Shown here piece after piece: positions 29,283-38,769 of a stretch of DNA of 64,000 bases. This DNA is from Minisyncoccota bacterium (GTDB lineage: Bacteria > Patescibacteriota > Minisyncoccia > Phycocordibacterales > Phycocordibacteraceae). A program made the position numbers and the translations under genes. Each line of letters begins with the position of its first letter. Positions within the stretch are counted from its first letter, which is position 1. The notes under the pieces were generated by a model that saw only the letters and a list, made by a program, of their open reading frames with translations, was not told the DNA's origin and made no database searches. The stretch is taken from the NCBI GenBank assembly GCA_018062445.1, contig JAGOSG010000003.1, forward strand, positions 29,842 to 93,841, given 5' to 3'.

Positions 29283-29353
29283 TCGGGGCGCCGAGAATCG
29301 AACTCGGTCTATCTGCTCCCAAAGCAGACGTACTACCGGTATACTACGCCCCG
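29283..29353 (-). tRNA. tRNA-Pro (anticodon TGG)
   Basis: Minus-strand fold: acceptor cggggcg/cgccccg, anticodon loop tTTGGGa, T-loop ttcgatt. Confidence 0.85.
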
Positions 29354-29575
29354 AGGCGAGGAAGAGAATGGGTGCTCGCACACATTCTTTCCGAGACGAA
29401 GGGGCGAAAACTTGGCTTCCAAGTTTACAACCCGAGACATCTCCGGAACGGAGAAGCGAACCTCCCCTCCCGTTTCACCTCAGACAATACCACTTTTTTC
29501 AAAAAAAAGCTCTTCTGTTAAGTAGAGATTCTATGTCCTTTAGAAAATTAAGCATAGTGTTGCTATACTGCCCAA

Positions 29576-30952
29576 ATGAGACCAACCACCTCCTTTGATT
29601 CATTCTCACCAATCGATTATCGATACTGGGACGAATCACTTTCTCCGTATTTTTCTGATAGGGGATTTTTAGACTATAAAATGCAAGCAGAAATTGCTCT
29701 TTTAAAGGCGCTTGAGAAACACAAGATGTGCCCGGCCTCTGTTGTTCAGGAAGTAGAAATCGCATGCAAATCTGTTACCTCTGAAGAAGTATATGAGGAA
29801 GAGGAGCGTATCAAGCACGACATTCGAGCGCTGGTGAATGTGATTCGTTCAAAAGTGTCTGACAGTGCAAAGCCATTTGTACATATGACGGCTACATCGT
29901 ATGACATTATTGATACGGCAAACGCTGCGCGATTTCGTGATGCAACACAGAAAGTTCTCGTTCCTGCACTGAAAGATCTTGAAAAAGTACTCATTGATTT
30001 AACTCTTCGTGAAGCAGGCACAGTACAGGTCGGGCGTACGCATGGACAGCATGCGGTTCCCATAACATTTGGTTTTGCACTGTCAGGCTACGTGAGTCGT
30101 TTAGGTGTCTGCATCGAAGCGCTTGATGCTCTTGCGAAAGAGCTTCGAGGAAAGTTTTCCGGTGCAGTTGGTGCATACAACGCATCATCACTTTTCTTTG
30201 ATGACCCTGAGGGTTTTGAGAATGATGTACTCACAGGGCTAGGTCTCCAAGCTTCAGAGCAATCAACACAAGTTACACAACCAGAGCCAATGGCGCGTTT
30301 GATGGCAGAGGTTTCTATTACTCTCGGTGTACTCGCCAATCTTTCTGATGATATGCGCGCACTACAGCGTACAGAAATAGGGGAGATAGGGGAGGAATTT
30401 GAAGCTTCTCAAGTTGGATCTTCAACGATGCCACAAAAGAGAAACCCTATAAATTTTGAAAATGTAAAAAGTATTTGGAAAATAGTAATGCCTCGCGTTG
30501 TAACTATTTTTCTAGACCAAATTAGTGAGCATCAACGAGACCTCACCAATTCGGCTTCGTCTCGTACCTATGGTGAGTCAATCGCATACACCTTGTCTGC
30601 GGTGAAGCGTTTAACTAAGACAATGTCGAAGTTGAAGGTAGACATGGGTAATCTTGAAAAAAATCTTGCCCTTGGTCGTGGATCGGTCGCTGCGGAACCC
30701 CTCTACATTATCCTCGCGTCTCTAGGGCATCCTGATGCGCATGAAAAAGTTCGAAATCTTACGCTCACTGCAGGACAGGAAGGGAAGGGGTTAGAAGAAG
30801 TGGCACTAAGTGATGCTGAAATGGCGCCATATCTTTTGCGGATGACTGAAGCACAGAAAAATATACTTAAAAATCCATCCTTATATACAGGAATCGCAGA
30901 GAAAAAGGCGAAAGCGGTTGCTGAAAATTGGCACAAAAGATTGTCACTTTAA
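29576..30952 (+). CDS. purB: adenylosuccinate lyase
   Basis: Fumarate-lyase signature GSSTMPQKRNPINFEN (PurB-type SSxMPxKxNPIxFEN). Confidence 0.8.
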   Translation: MRPTTSFDSFSPIDYRYWDESLSPYFSDRGFLDYKMQAEIALLKALEKHKMCPASVVQEVEIACKSVTSEEVYEEEERIKHDIRALVNVIRSKVSDSAKPFVHMTATSYDIIDTANAARFRDATQKVLVPALKDLEKVLIDLTLREAGTVQVGRTHGQHAVPITFGFALSGYVSRLGVCIEALDALAKELRGKFSGAVGAYNASSLFFDDPEGFENDVLTGLGLQASEQSTQVTQPEPMARLMAEVSITLGVLANLSDDMRALQRTEIGEIGEEFEASQVGSSTMPQKRNPINFENVKSIWKIVMPRVVTIFLDQISEHQRDLTNSASSRTYGESIAYTLSAVKRLTKTMSKLKVDMGNLEKNLALGRGSVAAEPLYIILASLGHPDAHEKVRNLTLTAGQEGKGLEEVALSDAEMAPYLLRMTEAQKNILKNPSLYTGIAEKKAKAVAENWHKRLSL

Positions 30953-31184
30953 AAATGGCAAAGATTCGGATGGGTGCTTCCGAATCTTTCCCCCGTCTTC
31001 GCTCGAAAAATATGAAAGTAAAACTCTCATGTTCTTTCTCGCTTGCCGTGTAAAACTTTCTACGGAAACCTCGAGAGTTTTTCTGCCGTCCTTAGCTCGA
31101 GAATGTAAAAGAGGACTTTCCCGTTCCCCTCGCTTTCGTCGGCAGTAAGTGCGACCCGTCTTTCCCGTCTTACAATAGGAGAAC

Positions 31185-31706
31185 ATGAAGGGAAGTACTG
31201 AAGAGGCTTTTCTGGCGGTATTCCGTGAACATTATGACGGACTTTTTCGACACGCCTTCTTTCGAGTGAGCTCACGGGAACGCGCACTCGATCTCACACA
31301 AGATACTTTTATCAAAGCATGGGATTATCTTCGTGGCGGTGGAGAAGTAAAACAGTTTAAGGGATTTTTATACCGCATTATGCACAATCTCATCATCGAC
31401 GAGTACCGTCGCAAAAAAGCAGAGTCGCTTGATGGTATGAGTGATGAGCGCCGGGCACATATAGATGCAGACATGGCTGAGGGTAGTGTATGGGAAACGG
31501 AAGAGCATATTGATGAAGAAGCGCTTGTAGTGAAGGTGCGTGAACAGCTCACGAATCTTTCACCCGAGTATTGTTCAGTCGTAACGATGCGCTACATAGA
31601 CGGGTTTTCTCCAAAGGAAATTTCACAGATGACGGGTGAGACGGAAAATGTAATATCAGTCAGGCTTCATCGCGCCATTATTAAACTTCGCACCATGCTC
31701 TCATAA
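31185..31706 (+). CDS. RNA polymerase sigma-70 factor, ECF subfamily
   Basis: Region 2 (FIKAWDYL..) and region 4 HTH (GFSPKEISQMTGETENVISVRLHRA). Confidence 0.85.
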   Translation: MKGSTEEAFLAVFREHYDGLFRHAFFRVSSRERALDLTQDTFIKAWDYLRGGGEVKQFKGFLYRIMHNLIIDEYRRKKAESLDGMSDERRAHIDADMAEGSVWETEEHIDEEALVVKVREQLTNLSPEYCSVVTMRYIDGFSPKEISQMTGETENVISVRLHRAIIKLRTMLS

Positions 31707-31707
31707 C

Positions 31708-32949
31708 TTGCATATGAAAATTAATCTCACTGATTACATAAAAAAAGCTGGCGATACCACATCGCTCTCGGCATTGGAGCGAGAGAAGCTTGAGGGTGTG
31801 TTGACTGAATATATGGCGATGAAGCCAATACGGGGCGTGCATTCGTCTAAAGATGAGCGTCATGTAGAGACTAAAGGAAGTTTTTTCTCGTCCTCGTTTT
31901 TTGTGCATTCAAAGAGAAAATATATCCCTATCGCAATTGTTTTAGGGCTCCTGCTCTCGGGCACTGCGTCGTATGCCGCAGAAGGTTCTATGCCGGGTGA
32001 TTTGTTGTATCCAGTAAAGGTGGGCGTTAATGAAAAAGTGGGAGGCGCGCTAGCATTGTCTTCCGAGTCTAAAGCTAAGTTGCAGGCTGAGTTTGCGGAG
32101 CGTCGTCTTTCGGAGGCCACGAATCTCGCGGTTGATAATAAGTTGACTGCTGACGTACGAGCAAAACTTTCAGATGACTTTGCAAAGCACGCTGACTTGG
32201 CGGTAGCGCAAACAAAAGATTTAGAAAAGAAAAATGTAGCTATTGCAATTGGTCTTGCGTCAAATTTTGAAAGCAATCTCTCTGCTCATGAGGCACTTCT
32301 TGTACAAATTGATACACAGGGTGATGCAGATGATCTCGTGCAACTTATTCGTGCGAAATCACGCACGGTAGGAGAGCTTCGTATGAAGGCTGAGGGTGGG
32401 GTGCATGTGAGAGCACGGGCTTCCGAAGACACTTCAGCATCTATTGCAACAGAAACAAAAAATACAGATGGAGTAGATACTAAAGAAAGAGCCGCTCTTG
32501 CAATGGGAGAAGTGGCAAAAACTGCAGTTAAAGACTCGGCTGTTCTATTGGCGCGCGTTTCGGGAAATCTTGAAGCATCCGCGAACCTAAATGCACAAGC
32601 GCAAGTGAAGACTGCGTCAGATCTTGTTATAAAAGGCGATGCATTTCTCGAAAAAAAGAATTTTACTGGCGCGTTCCAGTCATACCAGAATGCATTAGTC
32701 ACAGTGAGAAGACTGTCAGTATATCTGAATGTGTCAAAAAAGGTTCAAATAAACATTTTTCATCCGGACGAGAAGGTTTCTGAGAACGAGAAGAAAGACA
32801 AGTTTATTGAGAGTCGTCAGGATGCTGAGGATAGGTCAGGATCGAGGCAGGTTGAAAGTAGTGGGCAGATAGATATTGAGTCAAAGGTGCACACAGGGAG
32901 TGTGAATATTCTAGATACTGGAAGAGTGCGTGTTGATATAGGAATCTAA
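31708..32949 (+). CDS. putative anti-sigma factor / DUF5667-like membrane protein
   Basis: Immediately follows ECF sigma (stop/start overlap), cytoplasmic N-domain, single TM (IPIAIVLGLLLSGTASYAA), extracytoplasmic helical domain. Confidence 0.5.
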   Translation: MHMKINLTDYIKKAGDTTSLSALEREKLEGVLTEYMAMKPIRGVHSSKDERHVETKGSFFSSSFFVHSKRKYIPIAIVLGLLLSGTASYAAEGSMPGDLLYPVKVGVNEKVGGALALSSESKAKLQAEFAERRLSEATNLAVDNKLTADVRAKLSDDFAKHADLAVAQTKDLEKKNVAIAIGLASNFESNLSAHEALLVQIDTQGDADDLVQLIRAKSRTVGELRMKAEGGVHVRARASEDTSASIATETKNTDGVDTKERAALAMGEVAKTAVKDSAVLLARVSGNLEASANLNAQAQVKTASDLVIKGDAFLEKKNFTGAFQSYQNALVTVRRLSVYLNVSKKVQINIFHPDEKVSENEKKDKFIESRQDAEDRSGSRQVESSGQIDIESKVHTGSVNILDTGRVRVDIGI

Positions 32950-33065
32950 GGATAGGGTTTTTGTAGATCGCGTAAGATTCGGACAGAGCAATAATACCGA
33001 GTTCTCCCAAATCTTCTATTCGGTGCTCTATTTGAAAAAAATTCGAGGTCGAGGTAAAATAAAGC

Positions 33066-34595
33066 ATGATTGTAGTTCTCAATTTTGGAGGACAGTTTGC
33101 TCACCTTATTGCAAGAAGGGTCCGTGATCTCGGCGTGAAGGCCGAGATTTTGCATGGAGACGCAACGATAGCTGAGATTCAATCCCTGAATCCCGTGGGC
33201 GTTATTCTCTCAGGAAGCCCGCATTCAGTACTCGAAGGTGGTCCGCTACCAGACAAGCGAGTATTTGAGCTTGGTATCCCTGTTCTTGGTATTTGTTACG
33301 GGCATCAATTAATGGCGCATCTTTTAGGTGGAAAGGTGCAAAATAAAGAGAATAAAGAGTTCGGAAAAGAAGTTGTTTCAATAAAAAAGAAAACAGGCAT
33401 TCTTAAAGGACTTGTAGCGAAAGAGGTTGTATGGTTTTCACACGGCGATCAAGCAACAAAGTTACCAAAAGGATTTGTAATTACGGCTTCTACTAAAACG
33501 TGTGCACATGCAGGATTTGCAGACGAGAAACGCAGGTTTTTTGGTATTCAATTTCATCCAGAAGTAACACATACGGTCCATGGGAAAAAAATAATTTCTA
33601 ATTTTATTTTTGGTATCTGCAAAGCCAAAAAAGATTGGGATATGAAGTCTGTTGCGAAAAATATTATTGTAGACTTAAAAAAAGAAATTGGTGACGGACA
33701 TGTGGTGGTCGGTATTTCTGGTGGCGTGGATTCGCTTGTTGCTGCCACTCTGCTCTATAAAGCAATAGGAAATCGTCTGCACGCAGTTTTTGTAGATACA
33801 GGCTTACTCCGCAAAGGGGAAGTGGAGAGCGTTTCCAAATCTCTTCGCTCACAGGGATTCAAAAACCTGCATGTTATTGATGCAAGTGACATGTTTTTAT
33901 CGCGTTTGGTGGGGGTTATTGAACCAGAAGAAAAGCGCAAAATTATTGGACACTCGTTTGTAGAGGTTTTTGAAAAAGCGCTGACTGAAGAACTAAAGGC
34001 ATATCCAATTGGCTACCTTGCGCAGGGGACTATTTATCCTGATCGTGTTGAGTCAGCCTCAACATCGAAACACTCATCCAAAATAAAAAGTCATCACAAT
34101 CTCACACTACCCGAGCGAATGAAATTAAAAATAGTTGAGCCAGTGAAAGATCTGTATAAGGATGAGGTGCGTCGTGTTGGAGAAGAATTAGGATTGCCAC
34201 ATGCGCTCGTATGGCGCCACCCATTCCCAGGCCCAGGGCTTGCGATTCGTATTGTTGGTGAGATTACACCTGAACGCCTTGCGATTTTGCGTGAAGCAGA
34301 CGCTGTGTTTACTGAAGAGCTAAAGCTGGCAGGGGAGTACGAGAAGATTTGGCAGTCATTCGCCGCATTATTGCCTCTCAAAGTAGTTGGCGTTATGGGT
34401 GATGCTCGCACGTATGAGTACATAATTGCGCTTCGCGCAGTTGACTCCATAGATGGAATGAGCGCTGACTGGCACAAGATGCCACACGAACTTTTGGAGA
34501 AAATCTCAAGTGCCATAGTTGGCAAAGTTCGTGGTGTAAATCGGATTTTGTACGATGTTACCCAGAAACCTCCTGCAACTATTGAGTACGAGTAG
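33066..34595 (+). CDS. guaA: GMP synthase (glutamine-hydrolysing)
   Basis: GATase1 domain (GICYGHQLM), ATP-PPase SGGVDS, C-terminal dimerisation domain ..TIEYE. Confidence 0.95.
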   Translation: MIVVLNFGGQFAHLIARRVRDLGVKAEILHGDATIAEIQSLNPVGVILSGSPHSVLEGGPLPDKRVFELGIPVLGICYGHQLMAHLLGGKVQNKENKEFGKEVVSIKKKTGILKGLVAKEVVWFSHGDQATKLPKGFVITASTKTCAHAGFADEKRRFFGIQFHPEVTHTVHGKKIISNFIFGICKAKKDWDMKSVAKNIIVDLKKEIGDGHVVVGISGGVDSLVAATLLYKAIGNRLHAVFVDTGLLRKGEVESVSKSLRSQGFKNLHVIDASDMFLSRLVGVIEPEEKRKIIGHSFVEVFEKALTEELKAYPIGYLAQGTIYPDRVESASTSKHSSKIKSHHNLTLPERMKLKIVEPVKDLYKDEVRRVGEELGLPHALVWRHPFPGPGLAIRIVGEITPERLAILREADAVFTEELKLAGEYEKIWQSFAALLPLKVVGVMGDARTYEYIIALRAVDSIDGMSADWHKMPHELLEKISSAIVGKVRGVNRILYDVTQKPPATIEYE

Positions 34596-34741
34596 CTCAC
34601 CTTTTCGGTTTTTCGGATACCATTTTTTCTTCTGATTTCGGTTTTATTTTTGCCTCTGGTGCACCACGGCCTTCGCCAATAAATGCTTGCCCGTCATTGT
34701 TGTACGGCCACGGAGCCGATTCTTTTTTGTTCATAGTGTTT

Positions 34742-35440
34742 TTAAGTGTTGGTAGTGCTCGTGCCCATGAGGGCGTTTTTCCCTTTCAGGAAGACCGCTT
34801 CGAAGTTGCGGACGGTTATAAGTGGTCGTAGGTCGTTGTCGCGCATTCCACTCCCACTTTGCACAAGGTCTGCCGTTATATCTGCAACACCAAATGCTGG
34901 GGCACCCTCTACTGAGCCATCCATATATTCAATTGATTTTGGAATTATATTTTTTGTAGCAAGGTAGTTTGCTACTATTTTTGGGAATGATGTTGCTATT
35001 GTTTTCCCATTTATGCCCTCCAGTGTTGTTATTGGTGAGTTTTTAGGAATTTGAATAACTAACGAAGATTCCGCACTACCTAATTTTGTGGCAATAAGGT
35101 CTTCTAACCCCATTTCAATTGCTTTGTCTTCTCCTACAATTCCAAAATCAGCTTGCCCTCTTTCGACTAATCTTGGTATGTCACTTTGTTTGAATAAACC
35201 GATTTTTAGATTAGGGGCTAAAATTGGCGAAATCACCACTCTCTTGTCTCGTTTTTTGGAGTCGATTTCTGGGACATCTATTCCGGCAGTTTCCAAGCAG
35301 GTAGATAATAATGCCCATGAAATTGCCGACAGTCTGCCGTCTTTCTGAATAGCAATGCGGAGATCTTCCTGCGTCTCTATTGCTTTGGAGAGAATATTGA
35401 TTGCTTCTTTCATACGCTGTATGGCCATATAGGTCGCCAC
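34742..35440 (-). CDS. hisG: ATP phosphoribosyltransferase (HisG-like)
   Basis: LRIAIQKDGRLS N-terminus and HisG fold; no other his genes nearby. Confidence 0.7.
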   Translation of the reverse strand: MATYMAIQRMKEAINILSKAIETQEDLRIAIQKDGRLSAISWALLSTCLETAGIDVPEIDSKKRDKRVVISPILAPNLKIGLFKQSDIPRLVERGQADFGIVGEDKAIEMGLEDLIATKLGSAESSLVIQIPKNSPITTLEGINGKTIATSFPKIVANYLATKNIIPKSIEYMDGSVEGAPAFGVADITADLVQSGSGMRDNDLRPLITVRNFEAVFLKGKNALMGTSTTNT

Positions 35441-35670
35441 CCATTACCGTCGCAGTTCACGCAGGGCTTGCTGTCGTCATCCCACTTCTCGCATTTCACT
35501 ACACGACGAACTCCCCTGCATATCTCGCAGGTCTTATTTGAGCCTCTACACAGAGGACAGATAATTGATTCTTCGCGTTCTTTTTCTATTATCACTTTTC
35601 TTTCGAGTCGCCTATAGAGACCAAATGCTCTCCACATGGCCTGTTTTGTTACACTGAGTTTCTCGTTCAT
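35410..35670 (-). CDS. small Cys-rich zinc-ribbon protein
   Basis: Three CxxC pairs; overlaps hisG start by 31 nt; preceded by 32-bp palindrome. Confidence 0.45.
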   Translation of the reverse strand: MNEKLSVTKQAMWRAFGLYRRLERKVIIEKEREESIICPLCRGSNKTCEICRGVRRVVKCEKWDDDSKPCVNCDGNGWRPIWPYSV

Positions 35671-35725
35671 ATTTTTTTATTAGATTTGTATTTTTTATTC
35701 GTTTATTTTTCCCTTCTACTTTGTG

Positions 35726-35757
35726 TATGTATCACTGTAGTACTACAGTGATACATA
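35726..35757. promoter_or_regulatory. perfect 32-bp palindrome TATGTATCACTGTAGTACTACAGTGATACATA (copy 1)
   Basis: Exact self-complementary 32-mer about 55 nt upstream of the zinc-ribbon/hisG start; identical copy at 36378. Confidence 0.6.
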
Positions 35758-35801
35758 GCGGAAAGCGTTCTTGTGTTCAACGATGAAGGTTCAGCCATTC
35801 A

Positions 35802-36020
35802 CTAGCCTTCACGGAGAAGGTCCCAAGGATCTGCCTTACTGCTCTCTAATATTTTCCGCATCTCTCTGTCTTCCTCAGTGAACGCTCCAGGTGTGTTGCG
35901 TTTAATCAGAAAGTTTTTATCCTTGAGTCGCAGAGGTTTCTGTCTTCTACTTTTTCCATTTTCCATAATTGATGTAGTTAGCATAATAAAAAACCGCCTG
36001 TGGGGCGGTATGCATTTCAT
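35802..36020 (-). CDS. hypothetical small basic protein (uncertain)
   Basis: ORF between palindrome copy 1 and the TrpR-like gene; the annotated longest ORF overlaps the upstream gene, so the start is taken at an internal Met. Confidence 0.25.
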   Translation of the reverse strand: MKCIPPHRRFFIMLTTSIMENGKSRRQKPLRLKDKNFLIKRNTPGAFTEEDREMRKILESSKADPWDLLREG

Positions 36021-36051
36021 TTTTCTTTTCTTGCCTCTGATTTTTATCAGA

Positions 36052-36375
36052 TTATTTTTTATGCAGTCGAGAAATGATGGTGCTGTATCCGCCCCGTCCA
36101 TGGTGGAGCCAATGGGAAACACGACTCACTGTCGTAGTTGATGCACCTGTTTCGTCTGCTGCGTTGCGGTAGGAAACATCTTTGGTAAGGAGGCGAGCAA
36201 TAGCAAAACGCTCAGCAAACGCTTCCAGCTCTGCCTTAGTGCAAAGGTCACGCATGAATGCAGAACACTCCTCACGATTTTTTAGTGAAAGAAAGGCAGT
36301 ATATAAAGCCTCTAGGTTTTGCTTCGAACCTGAGGTTTTTGCAGAGGCTTTGTTTGTGGTGTTCACTCTATTCAT
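36052..36375 (-). CDS. TrpR/YerC/YecD-family DNA-binding protein
   Basis: HTH LTKDVSYRNAADETGASTTTVSRVS resembles Trp-repressor family; start taken at internal Met so the CDS begins 3 nt downstream of palindrome copy 2. Confidence 0.6.
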   Translation of the reverse strand: MNRVNTTNKASAKTSGSKQNLEALYTAFLSLKNREECSAFMRDLCTKAELEAFAERFAIARLLTKDVSYRNAADETGASTTTVSRVSHWLHHGRGGYSTIISRLHKK

Positions 36376-36377
36376 GG

Positions 36378-36409
36378 TATGTATCACTGTAGTACTACAG
36401 TGATACATA
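36378..36409. promoter_or_regulatory. perfect 32-bp palindrome (copy 2), putative autoregulatory operator
   Basis: Identical to 35726-35757; immediately upstream of the TrpR-like gene. Confidence 0.6.
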
Positions 36410-36533
36410 CTGTAGCAGAGAGATGTAGATGAAGTCAAGTTGGGCGGAAACGGGGCTAGGTTGGGGGCAGATGATGTCGAGCCGAAAGCAGATGTTGCCT
36501 TAAAGACCTTTTGTGTCTTGGGAAGATAGATTG

Positions 36534-37694
36534 CTATCGGCTTTCTATGGCTTTTATCAGTTGTGCAGTGAGTGCTGGAGCTACGGTGCTCCCAAAGGTT
36601 TGTGCCGCTACCGCAGTATCACCGTTAAGGTAGGTATCAATACCTACACCAGATTCTTTTTTGAAGTCCCGAATGATATAGGAAGTTGTAATTGCGCGTA
36701 AATCACGGGAAGCAGTGTCAGGCGCATCAGTTGCCGTTACGATAATGCCTATGAGAGAGCCAATGTCGTTCACTGCAGCACCTCCGGATGCCCCTTGCTG
36801 GGCAACAACGGAGCCTCCCAAAGAGAACAGATCGATAGTGTCTGTTTTGAAAGTAAATAATTCCTCGACACGCGTTATTGCCGAGCTGGCATAGAGATCC
36901 TTTTGTACCGTAATGCCTCCTAAAAATCCCGCAGGGTAGCCTGCGGCAATGAGTGTCTGCCCTTCCTCAGGTGGAGTAATAGATACCGAGAGAAATGAAA
37001 ATGCTGTGGGCAGTATGATATTTGGATGCACTGTTCCTGTGATACGCAAGAATGCATAGTCGTGCTCCCCGTTTCCTGTTGGTTTTGATTGATTTATTTT
37101 TGATGCGTTATCAGCAATCCATGAAGGAGGAAGGAAAAGAAGCTCTGCTGTGTATTTTGGCTGAGCAGGGCTTCCTGTTCGAATAGTGCATTCTATAAAT
37201 CCAGGACTCGGGTAGTCTTTAAGAAGAAGATATTGTCCAACATGAGAGTTTGTAATGATGGTGCCCCTTGGATCGATAATGACACCGCTAGCAGAAATAG
37301 AATTTAAAGGCCCTGCGTTTTTTGTTACGCAGATGATATTCACGATCGCTTCGCGCACCTTATTATTGAGTGCTATTTGATTTACGGACCCTTTTACAGG
37401 AGGGGTGGTAATAACTGCAACAGTTGTTTTTGGGGTAGTCGTTTGTTTCGGTGTGGTGGTAGTTAGTTTTTTTGCTGGACTAATTTCGCTGGCGCCACTC
37501 TCTGTCGCCTTTGTGTTGCCGTTGATGATATCGGCAAGAGTGCTGGTTGAGATAGCTCCGAATGAATTTTGTGGACTCGTTGTTGTGTTTTCTTGTGAAA
37601 TTGAAACATGATCAGGGGAGGTCGATAACCCAGCTACTATGGCAAATGCGAGTCCTGCGAGTGCAAACAAGAGTGTACGAAGGAAAGCGAACAT
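36534..37694 (-). CDS. S1-family trypsin-like serine protease, membrane-anchored
   Basis: N-terminal TM; catalytic-region motifs TNSHV and GGSGGAAVN (Ser protease GDSGG-like). Confidence 0.8.
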   Translation of the reverse strand: MFAFLRTLLFALAGLAFAIVAGLSTSPDHVSISQENTTTSPQNSFGAISTSTLADIINGNTKATESGASEISPAKKLTTTTPKQTTTPKTTVAVITTPPVKGSVNQIALNNKVREAIVNIICVTKNAGPLNSISASGVIIDPRGTIITNSHVGQYLLLKDYPSPGFIECTIRTGSPAQPKYTAELLFLPPSWIADNASKINQSKPTGNGEHDYAFLRITGTVHPNIILPTAFSFLSVSITPPEEGQTLIAAGYPAGFLGGITVQKDLYASSAITRVEELFTFKTDTIDLFSLGGSVVAQQGASGGAAVNDIGSLIGIIVTATDAPDTASRDLRAITTSYIIRDFKKESGVGIDTYLNGDTAVAAQTFGSTVAPALTAQLIKAIESR

Positions 37695-37706
37695 CTTGTT
37701 AGTTTA

Positions 37707-37735
37707 CAGGTGCTAGGTGTCAGGTTCCAGCTTTT
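37707..37735. repeat. family A repeat copy
   Basis: caggtgctaggtgtcaggttccagctttt; 13 nt upstream of the protease start. Confidence 0.55.
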
Positions 37736-37786
37736 GGAGTCAATGCTTCTGGCTTTAAGCGCTTAGTTTTGATAGAGTTGAGCAAC

Positions 37787-37857
37787 GCGGGATTAGTTTA
37801 ATGGTAGAACATCAGTTTTCCAAACTGATAGCAAGGGTTCGATTCCCTTATCCCGCA
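37787..37857 (+). tRNA. tRNA-Trp (anticodon CCA)
   Basis: Acceptor gcgggat/atcccgc, anticodon loop tTCCAaa, T-loop ttcgatt. Confidence 0.85.
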
Positions 37858-37866
37858 CCTTAATTA

Positions 37867-37895
37867 AAATGACCCGCTTTCTGCGGGTCATTTTA
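37867..37895 (+). terminator. intrinsic terminator after tRNA-Trp
   Basis: aaaatgacccgc-tttc-tgcgggtcatttt. Confidence 0.55.
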
Positions 37896-37906
37896 ATTTA
37901 CGGATA

Positions 37907-38058
37907 GCGGGATGAGTGAGCAAATGGCTTTGCTCACGTAGGGAATCGAAAAGCGCAGGCATATTTTTGTTTGCGTTTCGCAAGGCAAAAATGCCGAGCT
38001 GGGGTCGCGAGAAATTTCCGTCAGGAAATTTACTTGTGACCGATTCCCTTATCCCGCA
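37907..38058 (+). ncRNA. tRNA-Trp-associated structured element (family of 3)
   Basis: Starts gcgggat (same as tRNA-Trp 5' end), hairpin gagtgagcaaa..tttgctcac, core gtagggaatcgaaaagcgcagg, nested hairpins, ends gtgaccgattcccttatcccgca (copy of the tRNA-Trp 3' end). Confidence 0.45.
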
Positions 38059-38065
38059 CCCATTT

Positions 38066-38093
38066 AAAAACCCCGCCATTAGGCGGGGTTTTT
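38066..38093. terminator. bidirectional intrinsic terminator
   Basis: aaaaaccccgcc-atta-ggcggggttttt, between the Trp element and the hup 3' end. Confidence 0.6.
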
Positions 38094-38116
38094 AAATGAA
38101 ACTTTCTTCCTAAAAG

Positions 38117-38389
38117 TTACTTCACCGCATCCTTAAGACCCTTTGCTGCACGGAATTTTGGTACGCGCATAGAAGGAACCTTAATGCTCTCGCCAGTGCG
38201 AGGATTACGACCAGTTCTAGCTGGGCGCATCTTTGTTGAGAAGATACCCAATCCTGCGATTGATACCTCATCGCCTTTCTTAAGGGCAGCAATAATAGAA
38301 TCAACTACGGTTTCAACAACAGCCTCAGACTGTGTCTTAGTACCGCCGAGCATATCGTGAACTTTTCCTGCGAGATCTGCTTTATTCAT
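38117..38389 (-). CDS. hup: HU family DNA-binding protein
   Basis: MNKADL..GLGIFSTKMRPARTGRNPRTGE..; 90 aa. Confidence 0.9.
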   Translation of the reverse strand: MNKADLAGKVHDMLGGTKTQSEAVVETVVDSIIAALKKGDEVSIAGLGIFSTKMRPARTGRNPRTGESIKVPSMRVPKFRAAKGLKDAVK

Positions 38390-38542
38390 GAAATATAAAC
38401 TAGTGGCTAATCGCCATTATTTTCTAAAGGGCGTTAAAACATTATATACATAGGCTTTTTTCATGCAATACCTAACGGGAAAGTTGACTTAGCCTTAGGG
38501 TAATGTATAAAAGATTGAACAGGGCAGTAAAAATTCAAAAAA

Positions 38543-38704
38543 ATGGCACATTCAGTTGAAATAACACATGACCGTGGCGGGTACTTTCAAGCCCTAGAAG
38601 ATGCATATAATTTTTGTGGGAGTGATCTCGACAAAGACGCAGGAATGAAGGGTGAAAGACGAGATGCTTGTGTTGAGGGGTTTTTGAAGGGGCGTGGTTT
38701 TTGA
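38543..38704 (+). CDS. possible small ORF (53 aa)
   Basis: MAHSVEITHDRGGYFQALEDAYNFCGSDLDKDAGMKGERRDACVEGFLKGRGF; lies between hup and the rny terminator; under ORF-track cut-off. Confidence 0.2.
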   Translation: MAHSVEITHDRGGYFQALEDAYNFCGSDLDKDAGMKGERRDACVEGFLKGRGF

Positions 38705-38722
38705 TGTTTTTAATATACGAAC

Positions 38723-38753
38723 AAAAAACGCCCATTTTAGGGCGTTTTTTGTT
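38723..38753 (-). terminator. intrinsic terminator downstream of rny
   Basis: aaaaaacgccc-atttta-gggcgtttttt. Confidence 0.6.
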
Positions 38754-38769
38754 CGTATCGGTTGCTGTT

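Noticed and set aside
30944-31186. 80-aa minus-strand ORF between purB and the ECF sigma gene
   Set aside because: It occupies the purB terminator hairpin (gattcggatgggtgcttccgaatc) and the sigma-factor leader. Arg/Lys-rich junk translation with no support.
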